A stretch of 64,000 nucleotides of DNA from Dehalococcoidia bacterium (GTDB lineage: Bacteria; Chloroflexota; Dehalococcoidia; SZUA-161; SpSt-899), in NCBI GenBank assembly GCA_041300025.1, contig JBGLNL010000001.1, forward strand, positions 427,888-491,887, given 5' to 3'. Below are positions 27,230 to 37,364 of this stretch, one piece after another. How positions within the stretch are numbered: position 1 is the first letter of the stretch; every line of letters starts with the position of its first letter. The notes under the pieces were generated by a model, which saw only the letters and a program-made list of their open reading frames with translations, was not told the DNA's origin and did no database searches. A program made the position numbers and the translations under genes.

Positions 27230-27949
27230 CTACTCTCCTAAATACACCTTGATGACAGTCTCACTCGTGGCGATTTCCTGCGGTGTTCCCTCGGCGATCT
27301 TCTTACCGTGATGAAGCACCATGATCCGGTCGCAGACGCTCATAATTGCCTTCATAACGTGCTCGATCATGAAAATGGTAATGCCCTGAGCACGTATTTT
27401 GGAAACCAGTTCCATGGCCTGGGCTATTTCAGTGGAATTCAACCCGGCCATGATTTCATCGAGCAACAAGACTTCTGGTTTGGTGGCTAAGGCTCTGGCG
27501 ACTTCAAGCAATTTCTGGTTGACCAGAGTCAGGTCCTTGGCCGGGATGGCAGCCATCGCCGATAAACCCACAAATTCCAATAACCTGGCAGCCTCCTCGA
27601 CAGCCTGCGCTGACGTAACCCGCTCGGGGGTTCCGAAATGCACACCCAGGGCGACATTGCTAATCACGGGCATGTTGGGGAAGATCTTCACCGACTGGAA
27701 TGTCCTTGCCAACCCCTTCCTGCAAATTTGATGGGGCTTCAAGCCAGTTATATTTTCTCCCTTGAATCTGATCAACCCGGGTTTAGGAACAAGCGCCGCG
27801 GAGATCAAACCAAACAAGGTGGTTTTACCAGCTCCATTGGGACCAATCAGGCCCACGATTTCACCCTGATCGACATGGAAGTCAACATCCGAAACTGCGA
27901 CTAATCCGCCAAAATATTTCGTAACACCTTCACCCTCAAGAATTGCCAT
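27230..27949 (-). CDS. branched-chain amino acid-type ABC transporter ATPase (LivG-like)
   Basis: GPNGAGKTT Walker A and LLLDEIMAGL Walker B. Confidence 0.9.
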   Translation of the reverse strand: MAILEGEGVTKYFGGLVAVSDVDFHVDQGEIVGLIGPNGAGKTTLFGLISAALVPKPGLIRFKGENITGLKPHQICRKGLARTFQSVKIFPNMPVISNVALGVHFGTPERVTSAQAVEEAARLLEFVGLSAMAAIPAKDLTLVNQKLLEVARALATKPEVLLLDEIMAGLNSTEIAQAMELVSKIRAQGITIFMIEHVMKAIMSVCDRIMVLHHGKKIAEGTPQEIATSETVIKVYLGE

Positions 27950-28889
27950 GTTCGCCTCCCGTTGCTCGCGCGCGCCACTTTTTGATCAACCCTACCAACC
28001 CATTGGGCAGGTACAAAACTGAAACGAGCAAGATAATTCCAAAAAGTAGCATGTAGTAATAAGGGAATTGGGTGATTAAGATTTCTTCCAGATAGGCGAA
28101 TATGATAGCGCCTAAAACGGGACCAAATAGCGGCCCGATACCGCCGAAAATGGCCATCAGAACCGGCGTAAAAGAAAAGTTCATATTGAAGGCGATATAC
28201 GGGTCAACATACGTCCACCGGGTCGCCATGATAGTTCCAGCAGCTCCGATGAAAAAAGCACTGATGGCGAAGGTGAAAACCTTCACCAGGGTGACGTTGA
28301 TGCCAATATGCTCAGCAGCTTCTTCTTGTTCACCAATGCTTTGCAAAGCCAATCCATATTTTGATTGGCGGATCAAATAAGCCGTCAACAGCGTCAACAC
28401 CAGGATAGCCAGCATGATGAAATAGACCGTGTTATAGTCGACTACCACCACAAATCTGCCGCGGGTACCGGTAAATTTGATCTCGAACCATAAGAGCAGG
28501 TTCTTCATCAGTTCCAACAACCCAAAGGTAAAGATGGTAAAATAGATGCCTTTCAGGCGCAAGGTCAGCCCCCCCACAAACAGAGCCAGAGCCGCACTGA
28601 CCAGGCCGCCTATGAGGACAACAACAAGTAGTGGCATGATAGTGCCCAGAGTGGCGGCAATATAGATACCGACCCCAAAGAACGCCGCTGTAGCCAGGGA
28701 AATTTGCGCGGTTGGCCCGGAAAACATGGCCCAACTCGATGTCAACACGATATACATGAATATCGTCGACAGGAATATAGTGGTATATATAGCAGCATAG
28801 AAGGGTAAGGTAACCAGGATGATCAATCCAACCAGCAGAATGATTCTCAGTATCAGGAAGTTTTTCGATGTCAAAGTTAGCTTGTTCAT
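27936..28889 (-). CDS. ABC transporter permease (LivM-like)
   Basis: 317 aa, polytopic, overlapping the neighbouring genes in the operon. Confidence 0.85.
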   Translation of the reverse strand: MNKLTLTSKNFLILRIILLVGLIILVTLPFYAAIYTTIFLSTIFMYIVLTSSWAMFSGPTAQISLATAAFFGVGIYIAATLGTIMPLLVVVLIGGLVSAALALFVGGLTLRLKGIYFTIFTFGLLELMKNLLLWFEIKFTGTRGRFVVVVDYNTVYFIMLAILVLTLLTAYLIRQSKYGLALQSIGEQEEAAEHIGINVTLVKVFTFAISAFFIGAAGTIMATRWTYVDPYIAFNMNFSFTPVLMAIFGGIGPLFGPVLGAIIFAYLEEILITQFPYYYMLLFGIILLVSVLYLPNGLVGLIKKWRARATGGEHGNS

Positions 28890-28893
28890 AGGT

Positions 28894-29763
28894 CTACTTC
28901 CCCATCAGGCCAGTCGGCTTCAACAAAAGCAAAATGGTGAAAATAATATAATAAGCAACCAGCGCCAGCCCTGGCTCGAAATAGGTTACGATGCTGCCAA
29001 TCAAGCCCAGGATGAACCCACCTATGAAGCTGCCGGGGATGCTACCCAGGCCACCCAACACAACCACGATGATGGCTATAACGGTATATTCCATGCCCAT
29101 GACAGTGTTTACGGGATAACTCATGCTGATCAGCATACCGGCGCAGGCAGCCATGGCAGCGCCAAGGCCAAAACATAAAGCCAATACTAGATTGATATTT
29201 ACACCCAGCAGGCCAGCGGTAGAGGGGTCTTGAGCCGCTGCACGGATAGCTTTTCCCAGACGGGTCTGGGTCAGGAAGATGTAAAAAGCAACCCCAATCA
29301 GCACAGCAAACCCGAGGGTGACAAGGCGGTTGGCGCCAAACAACGCTCCCCCCAGATCAACCGGGACAGCTAAATAAGAGTAACCTTTGATTTTAGACCC
29401 CCAGGCTATCAGTGCCAGATTCTGAATGATGAATAGCAGACCAAAAGAAGCCAGCATTGAATTGCCCTCGAAGATACCTGGCGTAGCTGAAATCACCGAC
29501 AGGCGCTTGTATATGGTTCTGTGAAGAATAAACCCCAAGATAAAGGCTAGCGGGCCACAAACAACGAGGCACAATAACGGGTTAATGCCAAAGGCGGTGT
29601 ATAACATCCAGGTGGTTAAAGCCCCGAGCATGATAAACTCGCCATGCGAGATATTCAGCACCCGGGCAACGCCGTATTGCAAGCTGAGACCCATAGCAAT
29701 CAATGCGTAAAGCCCACCCAGCAGCAAGCCGGCGATCACGACGTCGAGAATGGTTACAATCAT
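28894..29763 (-). CDS. ABC transporter permease (LivH-like)
   Basis: 289 aa, polytopic, first permease in the operon. Confidence 0.85.
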   Translation of the reverse strand: MIVTILDVVIAGLLLGGLYALIAMGLSLQYGVARVLNISHGEFIMLGALTTWMLYTAFGINPLLCLVVCGPLAFILGFILHRTIYKRLSVISATPGIFEGNSMLASFGLLFIIQNLALIAWGSKIKGYSYLAVPVDLGGALFGANRLVTLGFAVLIGVAFYIFLTQTRLGKAIRAAAQDPSTAGLLGVNINLVLALCFGLGAAMAACAGMLISMSYPVNTVMGMEYTVIAIIVVVLGGLGSIPGSFIGGFILGLIGSIVTYFEPGLALVAYYIIFTILLLLKPTGLMGK

Positions 29764-29881
29764 TGATGATTTCCTGGTTCTAGCAACCGTTGGTGCTGGC
29801 TGTCTAAAGGTGTAAATTTTTACCCCTTAGACAGCCAGTCTGACGGCATGCTATTTATGCTTATCGATATTGATACTTTCC

Positions 29882-31126
29882 TTATCCGGTTGGCCACTCG
29901 GGCTTGGGATATAGAAACTCTGCGGTAGCATGCTCTTTAGGCCCGACGACTTCATACACTCCGTTCTGCCATTGACCAACCTCTCCGATATGGCAGTCCT
30001 TTGACAGCAGCCCGTTCTCATACCAGGTCTCCCCCAGGACCGTATTGAACTTCTCGGTAGCAAGAATATCCCTGATCTTTGTCTGATCTAGCGTACCAGC
30101 TTTCTCGACCGCCTGCTTCCAGGTTTCCAGGCTAGCCCAATAGAGCGGGTGCCCCCAGGGATCCTGGACGTCTTCCGGCTTCCCGGCCCAGAGCTTGTCA
30201 GCCAGTTCCTTTGCCGCCGCAGATTGCTTGGGGCTGAAGGAAGTCCAACCCGTAACGCCCTCTACCATGGGGCCAAATGCAGTATGGAAGAAACCAAAAT
30301 TTACACCGGGCCCGCCAATCCAACACTTGGGGTTATAGCCAAGCTCCATGGAGGTGCCGATGGCCGGCATGATTTGATCAGGGTAGGCAAAGCAGCAGAA
30401 GACATCCGCCTCGGTAGCCTTGGCTTCTTTGATTACCGGTGACAGGTCCTTAATATCGGGTGGGAGGCTTTTGGAACCAAGGATATCGATACCTTTCTTT
30501 GCGAACTCGATACCAGCCACTCCCGAGTACTCGATGCCGTGCAGGTCCGCAATGTAGGTAACGTAGGCTGTCTTCGCTCCCTTCTCTGTCAGCAGGTCTG
30601 CAAAGACCGGTACTTGATACCAGTCAGAGAAGCTCAGGGACACGAATATGTAGGGCATGCTGGGCAGCATGTCCTTGAGACTGGTGGCGCCGCCCTCGGC
30701 AGTAATCAGCACATAGTTATATTTACTGGCAATTGGGGCCTGGGCAAAGAGGAAAGCTGTACCGGAGGCAGGCCACAGGAAGTCAACCTTGTCTTCCACG
30801 ATCAACTTCTCCGTTAACCTGGTCATTGTACCCACATCACTCTTATCATCGTAGATGAGTAATTCAATGGGCAGTTTCTTGCCATATTCCTCTACGTAAA
30901 CGCCCCCATCGGCATTGACCTCTGCAACAAAGGTCTCGTAGACCGGGCGGAAGGCGGAATCGCCGATGACGGCATTCCAGCCGGAGAGAGGTCTTGACAT
31001 GCCAACCACGATCTTGTCCTTGCTTTTAGCCGGTGCCACCCCACTACACGCCGACATAATCCCGGCGGATCCAACTGCCGCGACTTTGAGAAAATCGCGA
31101 CGGGTCAAATATTTTTTATTATCCAT
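29882..31126 (-). CDS. LivK-type periplasmic/extracytoplasmic substrate-binding lipoprotein with a Tat-type signal
   Basis: TRRDFLKVAAVGSAGIMSAC (twin-Arg motif plus lipobox Cys). 414 aa. First gene of the ABC operon. Confidence 0.85.
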   Translation of the reverse strand: MDNKKYLTRRDFLKVAAVGSAGIMSACSGVAPAKSKDKIVVGMSRPLSGWNAVIGDSAFRPVYETFVAEVNADGGVYVEEYGKKLPIELLIYDDKSDVGTMTRLTEKLIVEDKVDFLWPASGTAFLFAQAPIASKYNYVLITAEGGATSLKDMLPSMPYIFVSLSFSDWYQVPVFADLLTEKGAKTAYVTYIADLHGIEYSGVAGIEFAKKGIDILGSKSLPPDIKDLSPVIKEAKATEADVFCCFAYPDQIMPAIGTSMELGYNPKCWIGGPGVNFGFFHTAFGPMVEGVTGWTSFSPKQSAAAKELADKLWAGKPEDVQDPWGHPLYWASLETWKQAVEKAGTLDQTKIRDILATEKFNTVLGETWYENGLLSKDCHIGEVGQWQNGVYEVVGPKEHATAEFLYPKPEWPTG

Positions 31127-31327
31127 TGCTCCTCCTTATTTTTTGAAACTATGGATCTGTTTTTATATTTTGCCACTAGATAACAGTTAGCTTTTATACA
31201 TACTTTCTCTTCTCCTTTCTACAATTTGACACCACACTCTCAGGTAGATAGTTTTTCTCTCAATAACGTAAGATAATAGGGTCTATATACAACTCGTTCT
31301 GCGAAGGACTCTCAGGAAATAGAATTA

Positions 31328-31567
31328 TCAGCCGCCTTGCATACTCTGAAAAACATCTACAGATACTCCATCCTGCATTTTGTCGTCCGCTTTTAGCACC
31401 CGGCCATTTGCAATGACCGCGGCCCCACGTGTTTCTAAGATCTCCAGATAGGCGAGCAGGTCTTTGACTGTCGCGCCATCTGGAATCTCCACCTCCATCC
31501 CCTGTGAAGGTTTATAGCCGGGGACCTGTAAGCTCAACGTCCCGTATAACTTAACCTTCACTTTCAT
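31328..31567 (-). CDS. MoaD/ThiS-family ubiquitin-like small protein
   Basis: 79 aa ending in ...MQGG. Directly downstream of AOR. Confidence 0.75.
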   Translation of the reverse strand: MKVKVKLYGTLSLQVPGYKPSQGMEVEIPDGATVKDLLAYLEILETRGAAVIANGRVLKADDKMQDGVSVDVFQSMQGG

Positions 31568-31578
31568 CCTGCACCTCG

Positions 31579-33300
31579 CTAGAAATCCAAGACGCCGTCC
31601 AACTCCTGATCGCTGATCACAAACACCTTGTTGTGCGGAGGCAGGGGTTCTTCGTAGAAGAAGCGGGGCAGGCGATCGTCTTGCTTCGTTAACCCTGCTT
31701 TTCTATTGAATTCCTTTTCGGCCTTCAATATTCGGGTGCCCATTCCGAATGGGAAGTATCCATCTTCGAATTTTGCGCCTGTTTTTGCCTCGATCAGTTT
31801 TTGGAATGCGCCGAATCCATCAGGATGGAGCAAGGCTACACTCGCCATGAAACATTGTCCCATGCAGTCGAAAGCAGCCATGGCGATCTGTAAAAACCTG
31901 GAGGTCTCAGCCTGTCCTTCCGGGTTGAGGGGATCGAGCTTCTTTTCCAGGTACGCCCCAACCACGTTGCCTGCCGTATGATCGGCGCCCATTGGGGAGG
32001 TGGCATATGTAACGCCGTTGCCTAACATACCGCGCGGGTCGTAGGCTGCGATGCTTTGCCGTTTGACCACTGGAACCCGGGGGTGGTTGAAGTGCTCACC
32101 CACCGCAGCCGGACCATTGCCCAGAATACGGCCGAACTCCGTGCCCCTACCGATTTCTTCTACCATCTCGATAGCTGCTTCGGCATCCCCAAACTTCTTA
32201 TAGCCGGCATCCATGGCGACAGCCACAGCAACCCCCGTGTTCATGGTATCGAGCCCAATATCGTCACACAGGTTATCGAGGCGGGCGATCACGTCCAGAT
32301 CGGTAATACCGGTCATGCCGCCCATGGACCAGATGGTCTCGTATTCCAGTGAACTGGTGATGAACTTACCGTCTTTGTCCACATACTCATTGGAACAATG
32401 GATCATGCACTGGTCGCAGCCTCGATGAGTGGTATTTCCGCCACGTTCTTTGATGATCTCGGCCATAGCCTCGCCGCTGATCTTCTCCCAACCATCCAAT
32501 TGGCCTTTGGTGGCATTGTAGCTCGGGAAGGCACCCATTGCATTGACTGGAGCCACCAGGGCGGCCGTGCCGAGGGCGGGCATCACTTCCGCGCTCATGT
32601 GATCAGCCTTAACTGCTTCGACGACGGCCTTGGCCGCTTCCTTGAAGGCTTGTGGATCGGTTATGACATCGGGGTTCTTTCCGCGTTGGTCGACAACCAG
32701 CGCTTTGAGCCCTTTGGCACCCATCACCGCCCCCATGCCACCGCGGCCGGCTGCGCGGCAAGGACGCCCATCGACATCCGTTGACTGGATCGATGCCGAG
32801 GCCAACCGGTACTCACCCGCCGGCCCGATACACATTACCGAACTCTTCTCGCCGTAGGCAGCCAACAGCTTTTCAACTAACGCGTAGGTGCGCATTCCCT
32901 GGTATTCCTGAGCCGGCACCAGGCTTGCTTCGCCCTGTGCATCGACGCGGAGCAGGCTGAGGTCCCCGTCCGGTGCCTGTCCCTCAACAATGATTGCCGT
33001 AATGCCCAGATGGCCTAATGAAGCACCTATAGACCCACCTGCATTGCTTTCCTTGATACCTCTTGTCAGTGGGCTTTTGGCACCAACTGAAATGCGGCTG
33101 GTATTTACCAACGAAGTACCGGTCAGGAATCCTGGGGCAAAGATGAGCTTGTTCTCTGGTCCCAGGGGATCACATTCCGGCGGAACTTCATTGTTGATCA
33201 TGATTGAAGTCAGGCCCCTGCCCCCCAGCCCGGCATATTCCGGCGACACATCTTCAATTTTGATGGTCTTATCCGTCATGTTTACTCTGACAAACTTCAT
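31579..33300 (-). CDS. aor: aldehyde:ferredoxin oxidoreductase (tungstopterin AOR family)
   Basis: MKFVRVNMTDKTIKIEDV start with GGAGG 7 nt upstream. Full-length AOR-like, with the CDQCMIHC [4Fe-4S] motif. The ORF-track extension to 33447 is a translation of the poly-G tract. Confidence 0.9.
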   Translation of the reverse strand: MKFVRVNMTDKTIKIEDVSPEYAGLGGRGLTSIMINNEVPPECDPLGPENKLIFAPGFLTGTSLVNTSRISVGAKSPLTRGIKESNAGGSIGASLGHLGITAIIVEGQAPDGDLSLLRVDAQGEASLVPAQEYQGMRTYALVEKLLAAYGEKSSVMCIGPAGEYRLASASIQSTDVDGRPCRAAGRGGMGAVMGAKGLKALVVDQRGKNPDVITDPQAFKEAAKAVVEAVKADHMSAEVMPALGTAALVAPVNAMGAFPSYNATKGQLDGWEKISGEAMAEIIKERGGNTTHRGCDQCMIHCSNEYVDKDGKFITSSLEYETIWSMGGMTGITDLDVIARLDNLCDDIGLDTMNTGVAVAVAMDAGYKKFGDAEAAIEMVEEIGRGTEFGRILGNGPAAVGEHFNHPRVPVVKRQSIAAYDPRGMLGNGVTYATSPMGADHTAGNVVGAYLEKKLDPLNPEGQAETSRFLQIAMAAFDCMGQCFMASVALLHPDGFGAFQKLIEAKTGAKFEDGYFPFGMGTRILKAEKEFNRKAGLTKQDDRLPRFFYEEPLPPHNKVFVISDQELDGVLDF

Positions 33301-33350
33301 GCTTGCCTCCATTATCGATAATGAATTTTCTGCCGCTACAGGCGCAAAAA

Positions 33351-33910
<560 letters not shown>

Positions 33911-34528
33911 CTCGACAGTCTCCCAGATGTGCTTGGGCAGGATGGCCATCACCCCTGCGATATCGTAGAGGAAGGGTGCGTATTTGGATTCAAGATACAG
34001 TTTGACGGTGTAGGCATCGGTGGCCTCGGCTCTGGTGATGCCACTGGGCCCGACCAATGTCACGAACGGATCGGGGTGGATTTTAGCGTAGTCGACGGTA
34101 AAAACCACATCATCGGCAGTTAAGGGCGTGCCATCATGCCATCTTGCGTTTTCCTGTAGTTTGAAGGTGTAGGCATTCTCCGCCTCATCGTAAGTCCATT
34201 CCTTCGCCAGCGCGGGAATAAAACCGTTTTCATCCTTCCAGATAAGCGTATCGAAAATGAAGCTGGAGCGGATGTATCCCGGTCCGCGGGAATAGCGCAG
34301 GTAGGGTGAGGGATAGCCCCAGTCGCCGGTAGGGTCGGCGATGGTGTAGGTGGCGATGGTTTTTGGTTCCTCGTTTGCCGCCGTGGTTGATGGGTCAGGG
34401 GATGCGGTGCTGGTTGGCTGGTCGGTTTCTTCCTCATCATCTCTATCGCAGGCCCCGAGGACCACAGTCCCCAAAAGAAGAATGCAGATCAATGTAATTG
34501 GTAAAAGATAGCTTAAAAGACGCTTCAT
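33911..34528 (-). pseudogene. family-5 (Opp/Dpp-type) ABC substrate-binding lipoprotein, 5' fragment of about 205 codons
   Basis: Lipobox LGAC, an acidic/Ser-Thr linker, then YTFKLQENARWHDGTPLTADDVVFT and ILPKHIWETVEDP. The remainder is antisense of the beta-helix fragment. Confidence 0.7.
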
Positions 34529-34567
34529 GCTCGATTCCCCCTTTTTTCAATCGCATGATTGTTGTGT

Positions 34568-35269
34568 TTAACTGCAAATAAGGTGAATACCATTGCCGTC
34601 TAGCTGATAATATTCCTGGCCCGAACACGGCAGGCAAACTGGCTGGCCGTTTTTCATCCGAATGCGCGGTTCCATGACGCTCTCGCCGCATTTGGAGCAG
34701 GTGACACTGGGAAAGATGCCCGCGTAAGCAGGCAGTTTGAAGTTGACCTTCTGAACCTTTAGCAATTCGTCGTCCGGAACATCCAGCATGTGGAACGAGG
34801 CCTGACGCCACAATTGCTTCAGCCTGGCACTGTCTTCCTCGCTGCCCTGACGTTCCGCAACTACCTTCTGAAACAGGGCCATCGCTTCCGGCTCGCGCTG
34901 TTTCAATGATTCCCGGTCCATAACCACCAGCACTCGTACGCCTTCACCGTTTCGTCTGGCCAGCGTAATGGCGGTTTTCCCGAAATCCCGGTAAATCATG
35001 GCGTTGTTGCCGAAGGTGCAGCCGGTTACGAACTGGATGCCGTCGGCAAAGCAGTTGTTACTTTCCACGATGGCCACGACCTCTTCCATTCCTGTGGAAT
35101 GAATTCCCATTTCAGTCACCGCCCTATATGCGGAGCGAACGCCGTAGGCCAGCCCGGGGCAGTAATGGCCGTGCAGTTGGCCAGCTTTTTCCAGGAGCCA
35201 TTTGAGGTCGCCTTTATTTATGGCTTCTTTTATAGTCATTCTGGGATCATCAATGGTATTAGCGGTCAT
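34568..35269 (-). CDS. FmdE-family protein with a C-terminal zinc ribbon (second copy)
   Basis: LHGHYCPGLAYGVRSAY and CSKCGE...CLPC. ATG at 35269 with GGAGG upstream. Confidence 0.8.
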   Translation of the reverse strand: MTANTIDDPRMTIKEAINKGDLKWLLEKAGQLHGHYCPGLAYGVRSAYRAVTEMGIHSTGMEEVVAIVESNNCFADGIQFVTGCTFGNNAMIYRDFGKTAITLARRNGEGVRVLVVMDRESLKQREPEAMALFQKVVAERQGSEEDSARLKQLWRQASFHMLDVPDDELLKVQKVNFKLPAYAGIFPSVTCSKCGESVMEPRIRMKNGQPVCLPCSGQEYYQLDGNGIHLICS

Positions 35270-35327
35270 TATATTGCCTCCTTTTTTCACTGCAGTTTTT
35301 TCGTCTATGTACATAGTGATTTGGGGA

Positions 35328-35552
35328 CTATTCATCGAGGCCCAGCGCCTGCCGGACGATATCTTCGGCGGTATTCGTGATTTTCAAATCTCGCATTTTT
35401 TGGGTCCAGTAAAAATCCATCAGCATTTCGGCAAATGACTTCATGTTATCCAGCTTTTTCCAGCCAATGACCGGTTTTATTCCGCAGGGGGTTTCAATTT
35501 GTAATATCACTTGGCCAGTCTCTTCCTGCACATCAATTTTGTAAGATGCCAT
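35328..35552 (-). CDS. hypothetical small protein
   Basis: MASYKIDVQEETGQVILQIE..., 74 aa. 8-nt overlap with the longer ORF-track version of the fmdE-like gene. No family recognised. Confidence 0.4.
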   Translation of the reverse strand: MASYKIDVQEETGQVILQIETPCGIKPVIGWKKLDNMKSFAEMLMDFYWTQKMRDLKITNTAEDIVRQALGLDE

Positions 35553-35590
35553 AAACACACTGCCTTGTTGCCGGATACATTGCTGCAACT

Positions 35591-35659
35591 AACAGTTATT
35601 GCAACTGGTTGCAATGAAATATTATCAGATAACAAATTGCAAGTCAACAGTTATAACTG
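35591..35659. promoter_or_regulatory. cluster of palindromes/direct repeats upstream of the minus-strand small-protein/FmdE operon
   Basis: TTGCAA-ctgg-TTGCAA at 35599-35614 and a third TTGCAA at 35637-35642. AACAGTTAT occurs twice. Perfect 12-bp palindrome CAGTTATAACTG at 35648-35659. Confidence 0.4.
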
Positions 35660-36021
35660 CTTGTCTTAACGGCTATTTGAGGACAATAGAAGAAATTGTG
35701 AGTCAGGTTGATTCAAATTAACCTGATACCTGTTTGTTGACATACCCCGACCCGTTGTCGGAATGGAATCCTAATAATTCAAAGTGAGATTGTTTGAGAA
35801 TTTACTCAACGACGCTGGCAACGGATAATATTCAAAAATCCTTACTTCCCCCAAAGCATAACAACTTTTGAGCATTTTCCCTGTATTCATATCATGCGCA
35901 ATTTCATACTGCGATATGGATAGCAAAGCCCAAAACACCCAAGCCCCCCGATCTTTCGGAGACCTCGATCTATTAAAGGCAATTTGAAAGGGAATTCTGA
36001 CTAAGAGAGCTCACGCAGATG

Positions 36022-36126
36022 TTAGACTTTTTCCTCTCTCTTCTGTTTCCGTTTCTCTTTAAGCGTCAACTTCGCCTTTTTCTGTACTTCTTTTTTACCC
36101 TTATCTTTCTTTCCTTTTTCTCCCAT
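36022..36126 (-). CDS. candidate 34-aa lysine-rich small protein
   Basis: MGEKGKKDKGKKEVQKKAKLTLKEKRKQKREEKV* hand-translated from the sequence. GGAG lies 8 nt upstream (caaggagatgaaaaATG). Below the ORF-track length cutoff. Confidence 0.35.
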   Translation of the reverse strand: MGEKGKKDKGKKEVQKKAKLTLKEKRKQKREEKV

Positions 36127-36515
36127 TTTTCATCTCCTTGTGCAATATTTTAATATGAAAGGCAATGTCATTAAAACAATGCCGATCAGTATTATTGAAA
36201 TTATATTAGAAAAATCGATATTTCACAAGCACAAAAACTAAAGGAAAGCAACGCCGCCTCATTATTTACATATCTCTCTTAAAAGAATAACATTTGAATT
36301 GCGCCGCTGCAAGGGAATCTGCCAGACGGTTTTGCTCCTTTTTTATTAAGCCGCTTTACTTTCCCCAAGATGAGGGATTGATTCAAAAACAATCAGAGAT
36401 TTACTGAATATCCGTCACATAGCATATAGCTTCCCCTGATTAATGCCGCTCTTCGGTTGTACTTTGCCCGGAGCACAGTTAAAATAGGAGTGAATCTCTC
36501 ATAGGAGGAAATTGA

Positions 36516-37301
36516 ATGGCAAATGAACTGATTTATGAGAAAAAAGGGAACATTGCTTATATCACCATCAACCGGCCCGAGGCCTACAATTCAATGAACC
36601 GGGCGGTTTGGGACGGGATTATCAGCTCATGGGAGAATGTTCGCAATGACAACGAAGTCTGGGTGGCGATTGTCACGGCCACGGGCGATAAGGCATTTTG
36701 CGCCGGACAGGATTTGAAAGAGATGGGTCAGTGGATGGCCATACCTGAAGCCAAACGCCCTCCTTTCCCTATACCGGAACCCAACCCCATGAAGGGGCTG
36801 TATGTCCCGAAGCCATTCATCTGTGCCATCAACGGCATCTGCACTGGAGGCGGACTGGAATTTGCCATGGCCTGTGATATTCGAATTGCGTCCGAGAACG
36901 CAAAAATGGGCCTCGCCGAGGTGAAACAGGGATTGATGGCCGGCAACAGCGGCACTCAGAAGCTTATTCGTTTGGTCCCCTTCGGAGCTGCGCTGGAAAT
37001 GCTCATGACCGGCGACTTCATCAGCGCTCAGGAAGCCTGCCGGATCGGGCTGGTCAACAAAGTAGTTCCCCTTGCCGATCTCATATCTGAAGCCGAGGCG
37101 CTGGCCCGGCGGATCTGCGCTGCCGCGCCGCTTTCAGTACAGGGCGTTAAGGAAGTTGCCTATCGGGGGATCGAGGTATCACTGGAAGAAGGTCTTAAGA
37201 TCGAAGCTGAGGTAATGGATCGCATCGGGCACAGCGAGGATGCCAGGGAAGGACCACGCGCTTTCGCGGAGAAACGGAAACCTGTCTGGAAGATGAAATA
37301 G
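36516..37301 (+). CDS. enoyl-CoA hydratase/isomerase (crotonase) family protein
   Basis: KAFCAGQDLKE oxyanion-hole region. 261 aa. RBS taggaggaaattgaATG. Confidence 0.9.
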   Translation: MANELIYEKKGNIAYITINRPEAYNSMNRAVWDGIISSWENVRNDNEVWVAIVTATGDKAFCAGQDLKEMGQWMAIPEAKRPPFPIPEPNPMKGLYVPKPFICAINGICTGGGLEFAMACDIRIASENAKMGLAEVKQGLMAGNSGTQKLIRLVPFGAALEMLMTGDFISAQEACRIGLVNKVVPLADLISEAEALARRICAAAPLSVQGVKEVAYRGIEVSLEEGLKIEAEVMDRIGHSEDAREGPRAFAEKRKPVWKMK

Positions 37302-37364
37302 AGCCATCGAATCTTGTATTCCGTCACGGGGCAGTTCAGAAAAGAACTGCCCCTTTTAGAATCG

